64,000 nt of DNA from Balanoglossus misakiensis (taxonomy: Eukaryota > Animalia > Hemichordata): the NCBI GenBank assembly GCA_040954595.2, contig CM082591.2:1959745-2023744 (forward strand), written 5' to 3'. Positions 14,791 through 26,177 of this stretch are shown one piece after another; position 1 is the first letter of the stretch, and each line of letters starts with the position of its first letter. A program made the position numbers and the translations under genes. Under the pieces are notes generated by a model. The model did no database searches and was not told where the DNA came from. It saw only the letters and a list, made by a program, of their open reading frames with translations.

Positions 14791-17700
14791 GAAAAATCGA
14801 CGATCTTTCGACTTTGCGAATTTTCAAAATTTGTCATTTTTTGAAAAAACCATGGGTTATAGCTCAGGAAAATCGTGAAAAATCGACGATTTTTCGACTT
14901 TGCGAATTTTCAAAATTTGGTCATTTTTTGAAAAAACCATGGGTTATAGCTCAGGAAAATCGTGAAAAATCGACGATTTTTCGACTTTGCGAATTTTCGA
15001 AATTTGGTCATTTTTTGAAAAAACCATGGGTTATAGCCCAGGAAAATCGTGAAAAATCGACGATTTTTCGACTTTGCGAATTTTCGAAATGTGGTCATTT
15101 TTAAAAAAAAAAACCATGGGTTATAGCTCAGGAAAATCGTGAAAAATCGACGATTTTTCGACTTTGCGAATTTTCAAAATTTGGTCATTTTTTGAAAAAA
15201 CCATGGGTTATAGCTCAGGAAAATCGTGAAAAATCGACGATTTTTCGACTTTGCGAATTTTCAAAATTTGGTCATTTTTTGAAAAAACCATGGGTTATAG
15301 CTCAGGAAAATCGTGAAAAATCGACGATTTTTCGACTTTGCGAATTTTCAAAATTTGGTCATTTTTTGAAAAAACCATGGGTTATAGCTCAGGAAAATCG
15401 TGAAAAATCGACGATTTTTCGACTTTGCGAATTTTCAAAATTTGGTCATTTTTTGAAAAAACCATGGGTTATAGCTCAGGAAAATCGTGAAAAATCGACG
15501 ATTTTTCGACTTTGCGAATTTTCAAAATTTGGTCATTTTTTGAAAAAACCATGGGTTATAGCTCAGGAAAATCGTGAAAAATCGACGATTTTTCGACTTT
15601 GCGTATTTTCAAAATTTGGTCATTTTTTGAAAAAAACCATGGGTTATAGCTCAGGAAAATCGTGAAAAATCGACGATTTTTCGACTTTGCGAATTTTCAA
15701 AATTTGGTCATTTTTTGAAAAAACCATGGGTTATAGCTCAGGAAAATCGTGAAAAATCGACGATTTTTCGACTTTGCGAATTTTCAAAATTTGGTCATTT
15801 TTTGAAAAAACCATGGGTTATAGCTCAGGAAAATCGTGAAAAATCGACGATTTTTCGACTTTGCGAATTTTCAAAATTTGGTCATTTTTTGAAAAAACCA
15901 TGGGTTATAGCTCAGGAAAATCGTGAAAAATCGACGATTTTTCGACTTTGCGAATTTTCAAAATTTGGTCATTTTTTGAAAAAACCATGGGTTATAGCTC
16001 AGGAAAATCGTGAAAAATCGACGATTTTTCGACTTTGCGAATTTTCAAAATTTGGTCATTTTTTGAAAAAACCATGGGTTATATAGCTCAGGAAAATCGT
16101 GAAAAATCGACGATTTTTCGACTTTGCGAATTTTCAAAATTTGGTCATTTTTTGAAAAAACCATGGGTTATAGCTCAGGAAAATCGTGAAAAATCGACGA
16201 TTTTTCGACTTTGCGAATTTTCAAAATTTGGTCATTTTTTGAAAAAACCATGGGTTATAGCTCAGGAAAATCGTGAAAAATCGACGATTTTTCGACTTTG
16301 CGAATTTTCAAAATTTGGTCATTTTTTGAAAAAACCATGGGTTATAGCTCAGGAAAATCGTGAAAAATCGACGATTTTTCGACTTTGCGAATTTTCAAAA
16401 TTTGGTCATTTTTTGAAAAAACCATGGGTTATAGCTCAGGAAAATCGTGAAAAATCGACGATTTTTCGACTTTGCGAATTTTCAAAATTTGGTCATTTTT
16501 TGAAAAAACCATGGGTTATAGCTCAGGAAAATCGTGAAAAATCGACGATTTTTCGACTTTGCGAATTTTCAAAATTTGGTCATTTTTTGAAAAAACCATG
16601 GGTTATAGCTCAGGAAAATCGTGAAAAATCGACGATTTTTCGACTTTGCGAATTTTCAAAATTTGGTCATTTTTTGAAAAAACCATGGGTTATAGCTCAG
16701 GAAAATCGTGAAAAATCGACGATTTTTCGACTTTGCGAATTTTCAAAATTTGGTCATTTTTTGAAAAAACCATGGGTTATAGCTCAGGAAAATCGTGAAA
16801 AATCGACGATTTTTCGACTTTGCGAATTTTCAAAATTTGGTCATTTTTTGAAAAAAACATGGGTTATAGCTCAGGAAAATCGTGAAAAATCGACGATTTT
16901 TCGACTTTGCGAATTTTCAAAATTTGGTCATTTTTTGAAAAAACCATGGGTTATAGCTCAGGAAAATCGTGAAAAATCGACGATTTTTCGACTTTGCGAA
17001 TTTTCAAAATTTGGTCATTTTTTGAAAAAACCATGGGTTATAGCTCAGGAAAATCGTGAAAAATCGACGATTTTTCGACTTTGCGAATTTTCAAAATTTG
17101 GTCATTTTTTGAAGAAACCATGGGTTATAGCTCAGGAAAATCGTGAAAAATCGACGATTTTTCGACTTTGCGAATTTTCAAAATTTGGTCATTTTTTGAA
17201 AAAACCATGGGTTATAGCTCAGGAAAATCGTGAAAAATCGACGATTTTTCGACTTTGCGAATTTTCAAAATTTGGTCATTTTTTGAAAAAACCATGGGTT
17301 ATAGCTCAGGAAAATCGTGAAAAATCGACGATTTTTCGACTTTGCGAATTTTTAAAATTTGGTCATTTTTTGAAAAAACCATGGGTTATAGCTCAGGAAA
17401 ATCGTGAAAAATCGACGATTTTTCGACTTTGCGAATTTTCAAAATTTGGTCATTTTTTGAAAAAACCATGGGTTATAGCTCAGGAAAATCGTGAAAAATC
17501 GACGATTTTTCGACTTTGCGAATTTTCAAAATTTGGTCATTTTTTGAAAAAACCATGGGTTATAGCTCAGGAAAATCGTGAAAAATCGACGATTTTTCGA
17601 CTTTGCGAATTTTCAAAATTTGGTCATTTTTTGAAAAAACCATGGGTTATAGCTCAGGAAAATCGTGAAAAATCGACGATTTTTCGACTTTGCGAATTTT

Positions 17701-20700
17701 CAAAATTTGATCATTTTTTGAAAAAACCATGGGTTATAGCTCAGGAAAATCGTGAAAAATCGACGATTTTTCGACTTTGCGAATTTTCAAAATTTGGTCA
17801 TTTTTTGAAAAAACCATGGGTTATAGCTCAGGAAAATCGTGAAAAATCGACGATTTTTCGACTTTGTGAATTTTCAAAATTTGGTCATTTTTTGAAAAAA
17901 CCATGGGTTATAGCTCAGGAAAATCGTGAAAAATCGACGATTTTTCGACTTTGCGAATTTTCAAAATTTGGTCATTTTTTGAAAAAACCATGGGTTATGG
18001 CTCAGGAAAATCGTGAAAAATCGACGATTTTTCGACTTTGCGAATTTTCAAAATTTGGTCATTTTTTGAAAAAACCATGGGTTATAGCTCAGGAAAATCG
18101 TGAAAAATCGACGATTTTTCGACTTTGCGAATTTTCAAAATTTGGTCATTTTTTGAAAAAACCATGGGTTATAGCTCAGGAAAATCGTGAAAAATCGACG
18201 ATTTTTCGACTTTACGAATTTTCAAAATTTGGTCATTTTTTGAAAAAACCATGGGTTATAGCTCAGGAAAATCGTGAAAAATCGACGATTTTTCGACTTT
18301 GCGAATTTTCAAAATTTGGTCATTTTTTGAAAAACCATGGGTTATAGCTCAGGAAAATCGTGAAAAATCGACGATTTTTCGACTTTGCGAATTTTCAAAA
18401 TTTGGTCATTTTTTGAAAAAACCATGGGTTATAGCTCAGGAAAATCGGGAAAAATCGACGATTTTTCGACTTTGCGAATTTTCAAAATTTGGTCATTTTT
18501 TGAAAAAACCATGGGTTATAGCTCAGGAAAATCGTGAAAAATCGACGATTTTTCGACTTTGCGAATTTTCAAAATTTGGTCATTTTTTGAAAAAACCATG
18601 GGTTATAGCTCAGGAAAATCGTGAAAAATCGACGATTTTTCGACTTTGCGAATTTTCAAAATTTGGTCATTTTTTGAAAAAACCATGGGTTATAGCTCGG
18701 GAAAATCGTGAAAAATCGACGATTTTTCGACTTTGCGAATTTTCAAAATTTGGTCATTTTTTGAAAAAAACCATGGGTTATAGCTCAGGAAAATCGTGAA
18801 AAATCGACGATTTTTCGACTTTGCGAATTTTCAAAATTTGGTCATTTTTTGAAAAAACCATGGGTTATAGCTCAGGAAAATCGTGAAAAATCGACGATTT
18901 TTCGACTTTGCGAATTTTCAAAATTTGGTCATTTTTTGAAAAAACCATGGGTTATAGCTCAGGAAAATCGTGAAAAATCGACGATTTTTCGACTTTGCGA
19001 ATTTTCAAAATTTGGTCATTTTTTGAAAAAACCATGGGTTATAGCTCAGGAAAATCGTGAAAAATCGACGATTTTTCGACTTTGTGAATTTTCAAAATTT
19101 GGTCATTTTTTGAAAAAACCATGGGTTATAGCTCAGGAAAATCGTGAAAAATCGACGATTTTTCGACTTTGCGAATTTTCAAAATTTGGTCATTTTTTGA
19201 AAAAACCATGGGTTATGGCTCAGGAAAATCGTGAAAAATCGACGATTTTTCGACTTTGCGAATTTTCAAAATTTGGTCATTTTTTGAAAAAACCATGGGT
19301 TATAGCTCAGGAAAATCGTGAAAAATCGACGATTTTTCGACTTTGCGAATTTTCAAAATTTGGTCATTTTTTGAAAAAACCATGGGTTATAGCTCAGGAA
19401 AATCGTGAAAAATCGACGATTTTTCGACTTTGCGAATTTTCAAAATTTGGTCATTTTTTGAAAAAACCATGGGTTATAGCTCAGGAAAATCGTGAAAAAT
19501 CGACGATTTTTCGACTTTACGAATTTTCAAAATTTGGTCATTTTTTGAAAAAACCATGGGTTATAGCTCAGGAAAATCGTGAAAAATCGACGATTTTTCG
19601 ACTTTGCGAATTTTCAAAATTTGGTCATTTTTTGAAAAACCATGGGTTATAGCTCAGGAAAATCGTGAAAAATCGACGATTTTTCGACTTTGCGAATTTT
19701 CAAAATTTGGTCATTTTTTGAAAAAACCATGGGTTATAGCTCAGGAAAATCGGGAAAAATCGACGATTTTTCGACTTTGCGAATTTTCAAAATTTGGTCA
19801 TTTTTTGAAAAAACCATGGGTTATAGCTCAGGAAAATCGTGAAAAATCGACGATTTTTCGACTTTGCGAATTTTCAAAATTTGGTCATTTTTTGAAAAAA
19901 CCATGGGTTATAGCTCAGGAAAATCGTGAAAAATCGACGATTTTTCGACTTTGCGAATTTTCAAAATTTGGTCATTTTTTGAAAAAACCATGGGTTATAG
20001 CTCGGGAAAATCGTGAAAAATCGACGATTTTTCGACTTTGCGAATTTTCAAAATTTGGTCATTTTTTGAAAAAAACCATGGGTTATAGCTCAGGAAAATC
20101 GTGAAAAATCGACGATTTTTCGACTTTGCGAATTTTCAAAATTTGGTCATTTTTTGAAAAAACCATGGGTTATAGCTCAGGAAAATCGTGAAAAATCGAC
20201 GATTTTTCGACTTTGCGAATTTTCAAAATTTGGTCATTTTTTGAAAAAACCATGGGTTATAGCTCAGGAAAATCGTGAAAAATCGACGATTTTTCGACTT
20301 TGCGAATTTTCAAAATTTGGTCATTTTTTGAAAAAAACCATGGGTTATAGCTCAGGAAAATCGTGAAAAATCGACGATTTTTCGACTTTGCGAATTTTCA
20401 AAATTTGGTCATTTTTTGAAAAAACCATGGGTTATAGCTCAGGAAAATCGTGAAAAATCGACGATTTTTCGACTTTGCGAATTTTCAAAATTTGGTCATT
20501 TTTTGAAAAAAACATGGGTTATAGCTCAGGAAAATCGTGAAAAATCGACGATTTTTCGACTTTGCGAATTTTCAAAATTTGGTCATTTTTTGAAAAAACC
20601 ATGGGTTATAGCTCAGGAAAATCGTGAAAAATCGACGATTTTTCGACTTTGCGAATTTTCAAAATTTGGTCATTTTTTGAAAAAAACATGGGTTATAGCT

Positions 20701-22790
20701 CAGGAAAATCGTGAAAAATCGACGATTTTTCGACTTTGCGAATTTTCAAAATTTGGTCATTTTTTGAAAAAAACATGGGTTATAGCTCAGGAAAATCGTT
20801 AAAAATCGACGATTTTTCGACTTTGCGAATTTTCAAAATTTGGTCATTTTTTGAAAAAACCATGGGTTATAGCTCAGGAAAATCGTGAAAAATCGACGAT
20901 TTTTCGACTTTGCGAATTTTCAAAATTTGGTCATTTTTTGAAAAAAACCATGGGTTATAGCTCAGGAAAATCGTGAAAAATCGACGATTTTTCGACTTTG
21001 CGAATTTTCAAAATTTGGTCATTTTTTGAAAAAACCATGGGTTATAGCTCAGGAAAATCGTGAAAAATCGACGATTTTTCGACTTTGCGAATTTTCAAAA
21101 TTTGGTCATTTTTTGAAAAAACCATGGGTTATAGCTCAGGAAAATCGTGAAAAATCGACGATTTTTCGACTTTGCGAATTTTCAAAATTTGGTCATTTTT
21201 TGAAAAAAACCATGGGTTATAGCTCAGGAAAATCGTGAAAAATCGACGATTTTTCGACTTTGCGAATTTTCAAAATTTGGTCATTTTTTGAAAAAACCAT
21301 GGGTTATAGCTCAGGAAAATCGTGAAAAATCGACGATTTTTCGACTTTGCGAATTTTCAAAATTTGGTCATTTTTTGAAAAAACCATGGGTTATAGCTCA
21401 GGAAAATCGTGAAAAATCGACGATTTTTCGACTTTGCGAATTTTCAAAATTTGGTCATTTTTTGAAAAAACCATGGGTTATAGCTCAGGAAAATCGTGAA
21501 AAATCGACGATTTTTCGACTTTGCGAATTTTCAAAATTTGGTCATTTTTTGAAAAAAACATGGGTTATAGCTCAGGAAAATCGTGAAAAATCGACGATTT
21601 TTCGACTTTGCGAATTTTCAAAATTTGGTCATTTTTTGAAAAAAACATGGGTTATAGCTCAGGAAAATCGTTAAAAATCGACGATTTTTCGACTTTGCGA
21701 ATTTTCAAAATTTGGTCATTTTTTGAAAAAACCATGGGTTATAGCTCAGGAAAATCGTGAAAAATCGACGATTTTTCGACTTTGCGAATTTTCAAAATTT
21801 GGTCATTTTTTGAAAAAAACCATGGGTTATAGCTCAGGAAAATCGTGAAAAATCGACGATTTTTCGACTTTGCGAATTTTCAAAATTTGGTCATTTTTTG
21901 AAAAAACCATGGGTTATAGCTCAGGAAAATCGTGAAAAATCGACGATTTTTCGACTTTGCGAATTTTCGAAATTTGGTCATTTTTTGAAAAAACCATGGG
22001 TTATAGCTCAGGAAAATCGTGAAAAATCGACGATTTTTCGACTTTGCGAATTTTCAAAATTTGGTCATTTTTTGAAAAAACCATGGGTTATAGCTCAGGA
22101 AAATCGTGAAAAATCGACGATTTTTCGACTTTGCGAATTTTCAAAATTTGGTCATTTTTTGAAAAAACCATGGGTTATAGCTCAGGAAAATCGTGAAAAA
22201 TCGACGATTTTTCGACTTTGCGAATTTTCAAAATTTGGTCATTTTTTGAAAAAACCATGGGTTATAGCTCAGGAAAATCGACGATTTTTCGACTTTGCGA
22301 ATTTTCAAAATTTGGTCATTTTTTGAAAAAACCATGGGTTATAGCTCAGGAAAATCGTGAAAAATCGACGATTTTTCGACTTTGCGAATTTTCAAAATTT
22401 GGTCATTTTTTGAAAAAAACCATGGGTTATAGCTCAGGAAAATCGTGAAAAATCGACGATTTTTCGACTTTGCGAATTTTCAAAATTTGGTCATTTTTTG
22501 AAAAAACCATGGGTTATAGCTCAGGAAAATCGTGAAAAATCGACGATTTTTCGACTTTACGAATTTTCAAAATTTGGTCATTTTTTGAAAAAACCATGGG
22601 TTATAGCTCAGGAAAATCGTGAAAAATCGACGATTTTTCGACTTTGCGAATTTTCAAAATTTGGTCATTTTTTGAAAAAACCATGGGTTATAGCTCAGGA
22701 AAATCGTGAAAAATCGACGATTTTTCGACTTTGCGAATTTTCTAAATTTGGTCATTTTTTGAAAAAACCATGGGTTATAGCTCAGGAAAA
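14791..22790 (+). repeat. Right arm of the 87-bp satellite (~92 monomers, forward orientation)
   Basis: CATGGGTTATAGCTC recurs every 87 bp on the + strand. Confidence 0.97.
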
Positions 22791-23760
22791 TTTTCAAAAA
22801 ATGACATTTTTCCGATCTTGCGAATTTGTCATTTTTTGATATTTTTCATGGGTTATAGCTCATGAAAATCATCAAAATGCGACAATTTTTCGATTTGGAG
22901 AACTTTAAAACTTTCATCATTTTTTGAAAAAAATCATGGGTTATAGCTCATGAAAATTTTCAAAAAATGACATTTTTCCGATCTTGCGAATTTGTCATTT
23001 TTTGATATTTTTCATGGGTTATAGCTCATGAAAATCATCAAAATCCGACAATTTTTCGATTTGGAGAACTTTAAAAATTTCATCATTTTTTGAAAAAAAT
23101 CATGGGTTATAGCTCATGAAAATTTTCAAAAAATGACATTTTTCCGATCTTGCGAATTTGTCATTTTTTGATATTTTTCATGGGTTATAGCTCATGAAAA
23201 TCATAAAAATGCGACAATTTTTCGATTTGGAGAACTTTAAAAATTTCATCATTTTTTGAAAAAAATCATGGGTTATAGCTCATGAAAATTTTCAAAAAAT
23301 GACATTTTTCCGATCTTGCGAATTTGTAATTTTTTTATATTTTTCATGGGTTATAGCTCATGAAAATCATCAAAATGCGTCAATTTTTCGATTTGGAGAA
23401 CTTTAAAAATTTCATCATTTTTTGAAAATAATCATGGGTTATAGCTCATGAAAATTTTCAAAAAATGACATTTTTACGATCTTGCGAATTTGTCATTTTT
23501 TTATATTTTTCGTGGGTTATAGCTCATGAAAATCATCAAAATGCGACAATTTTTCGATTTGGAGAACTTTAAAAATTTCATCTTTTTTTGAAAAAAATCA
23601 TGGGTTATAGCTCATGGAAATTTTCAAAAAATGACATTTTTCCGATCTTGCGAATTTGTCATTTTTTGATATTATTCATAGGGTATAGCTCATGAAAATC
23701 ATCAAAAAATGACGATTTTCCGACTTTGCGAAATTTCTTTATTTCTTGAAAAAAATCATT
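22770..23760 (+). repeat. Older 166-bp dimeric satellite variant (78-bp A + 88-bp B), ~5.5 copies plus a terminal degenerate unit
   Basis: CATGGG starts at 22847, 22935, 23013, 23101, 23179 and onward, alternating 88/78 bp spacing. Confidence 0.93.
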
Positions 23761-23829
23761 GGATCTACCTTAAACAATCTGAGATATAAAAACAAAAACA
23801 CACACAAGTCACTTAAAAACATGTTTCTA

Positions 23830-23835
23830 TTTAAT
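23830..23835 (-). promoter_or_regulatory. Probable distal polyadenylation signal (ATTAAA) of the SBF gene
   Basis: TTTAAT on + at the end of ~2.3 kb of UTR-like sequence after the stop. An AATAAA alternative lies at 24262-24267 (-). Confidence 0.4.
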
Positions 23836-26177
23836 GAGCAATTTCCTTCGAAGAGTAACTTCGTATTTACAAAAAAAGTTGGAATTAAATTATAAAATTA
23901 CACCTAGCCAGGCAGACATGATTCTGAGCAGCAATATTCAAATGATTACGACACACACTTGACAAATTGATTTCAAACATACTGGTAGACTTCAGAAAGA
24001 AGAAATTCTGGATTGCAAAGAAATACTACTCGTGTGATGGTTGTCTTATTCAACTGGGTCATGTTCATGAAGCTTCATCACTGCAACAGAACATCTGGAT
24101 GGTGGAATGTTGTAGGACACTGCTATATGCTATTAGCATGTTGACCCAAAGAATATCTTCTTAGGATTGGTAACAAAAAAGCACAGGTAAATTCTACATA
24201 CAGAGAAAAAGAAATAGGTCCAGAATATTTCTGACAGGGTTAAAAAACATCAACACCTGTATTTATTTTGTGACAAAAATTAGTTTAGAACAGTGCTTTC
24301 CGATCGTTTGCACAGGATCATCACACACAAGTAGCAGAATTGTGTCTGACAAATAAATATCTTCCAGTGATTTTGACTGCTTCAGAGAACACACTTTCAT
24401 CATATTCACCCAGAATTTGGCATTTACACAAAACCTGTAACGGGAAAAATATTGTATCTTCAAGATCAAACAGGGGACCTCCAGATAAGACAGAAAACAA
24501 ATCCAATATGGCTGCTAGACAACTTCCTGTTGGTAACCAAGATGGCGTCAAAGCTCAGAGATTTTTCTGAGACTTTTCTGAGTAAACAAAGACCTAGCAT
24601 ACAAACTGCATTCTATCATTTGATTGCAGGGAATGCCTCTCATTGGTTGCTGGTGATAGTATTTGAAAATTTCAAATCGTCATGTGACTATTTCAAAATG
24701 TCATGTGATTACCGAACAGCTTGCCGGTTGGCTCTTCAGGTGACTGTGATTTACATACATTACGATGCCCCTAATCCAAATTTTACATGCAATTTTTTTT
24801 TAATTTCTAAACATTTCATCATTCCCTTGTGCTTTGGTTGAATTTCGGCGGGCCAGTCATCACTGCCCCTTATGAAAGTTAGTTTCGAACAATAAAAATA
24901 TGCACCAAATACATACAACTGTACACAGAAGTCTAATAAATACATAGTTGAGGCCCGTTTGTAATGTAGGCTTCTAAAGTTTTTTGTACAAAATTTACAG
25001 ACTCACAAATCTACCACGTTGAAATTTTTTTTGGTACATGTTTTGTTCTTAGCCTAATGTTGCAAAATTCTAAATTCTTGACAGTAACCAATGGAAACAA
25101 ATTTGAAAATACTTTCGACTAAAAAGTTCTAAAATATGCCTCTCAGGCACACAGTTTACTCTATTCTTTCACTACACAGAGTTTCGAACAGAAACAATAT
25201 CACTTCAAGCCATCTGAAACACTGAGAAAGAGAATGGAAAATTGCCAAAAGCTGGTCTTATTGTTTGTCTGTATTACATTACATTCTTGGGTTTCAAAGT
25301 AAAAAAACAATCATTATTTCTACTTTGTGTATAACTTAAAATCTACACTTTTGAAACTTACTCAAATCACCTCCCAACAACTGAATGGAATGTCCTTCAT
25401 TTCAAAAGCGACAGGACAGGTCCATTTATTCACAGGTGTGATAGTACCTAGTACATTGCCATTGACAGTGAAAAAACGATTCTAAATCTATTGAATTTTC
25501 TCTGCTATACCAATTCATTAATGACTAACATTGCTTTGATATCTCTAAATGATGAAGGTCAGAAAAAACTTGAGAAGGAATACAATATCTAACATTGCAC
25601 TTAATGTTCAGCCTTGGCATTTGTGAAATAAGTTACAAAAAAATTCATTTTTACGTTTACTATTTTCGCTAGACACTGGCAAGCTTGGGATACAAACCAA
25701 TAGAACATTCTTCTCCTTTGATAACAAATACCAGATTGCTTTGATTCAAGTCAACACCACTGGAAAAGCCATGGATCGTGGAACACCCTCTAGCGAGAAC
25801 TCAGTCGACATCACTTCTGCAGATTTCCATGGAAACTGTTGCTACCGCGAGCAGGCCTTGCCAACAGCTTTTAACTATGGTGCCATAGCATCAGTGACGA
25901 ATACTGGTCGTGAGGAAAGGGCAAAAGGTGATAATTTAAGGTCACAGTTCAAATGGAAAAATGTTATTCATTTATCTCTACTTCCTCCAACAAGGAACAT
26001 TAAAAAATCCAATAATGTCACCGTATTTCTGTGATGTTGTATAAAGATATGTACAGATGCACTTGTGATAATATCCACACCGCCCAGAATTATGGAATAG
26101 TCCAGTGTTGACCAGGCAAATGGACCATTCCATCTTAGTAATAATGGGTAAGCCAGTGTGGGGATAGCACCATTGCT

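Larger units (their letters stand above)
4370..23760. repeat. Satellite DNA array: 87-bp monomer core with 166-bp dimer edges and two orientation switches
   Basis: Monomer CATGGGTTATAGCTCAGGAAAATCGTGAAAAATCGACGATTTTTCGACTTTGCGAATTTTCAAAATTTGGTCATTTTTTGAAAAAAC is repeated ~205 times. Related 78+88-bp dimers lie at ~4540-4895 and ~22770-23680, with degenerate units at both outer ends. Confidence 0.98.

Noticed and set aside
14000-15600. Fold-back chimeric-read artefact as the origin of the palindrome
   Set aside because: Variants are not mirrored across the centre and arm compositions differ. A contig mis-join is still not excluded without reads.
4738-22839. Long ORFs of 29-aa repeats (KKPWVIAQENREKSTIFRLCEFSKFGHFL, up to 770 aa) as proteins
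   Set aside because: 87 is divisible by 3 and one frame lacks stops by chance. The ORFs begin at non-ATG or internal codons, are broken by homopolymer indels, flip strand with the satellite, and variants show no synonymous bias.
4370-23760. CRISPR array
   Set aside because: No unique spacers, no cas genes, eukaryotic intron-containing context.
4370-23760. Foldback (FB/TU-type) transposon
   Set aside because: The outermost units at both ends are in the same orientation, and no terminal inverted pair, target-site duplication or internal loop/transposase is visible.
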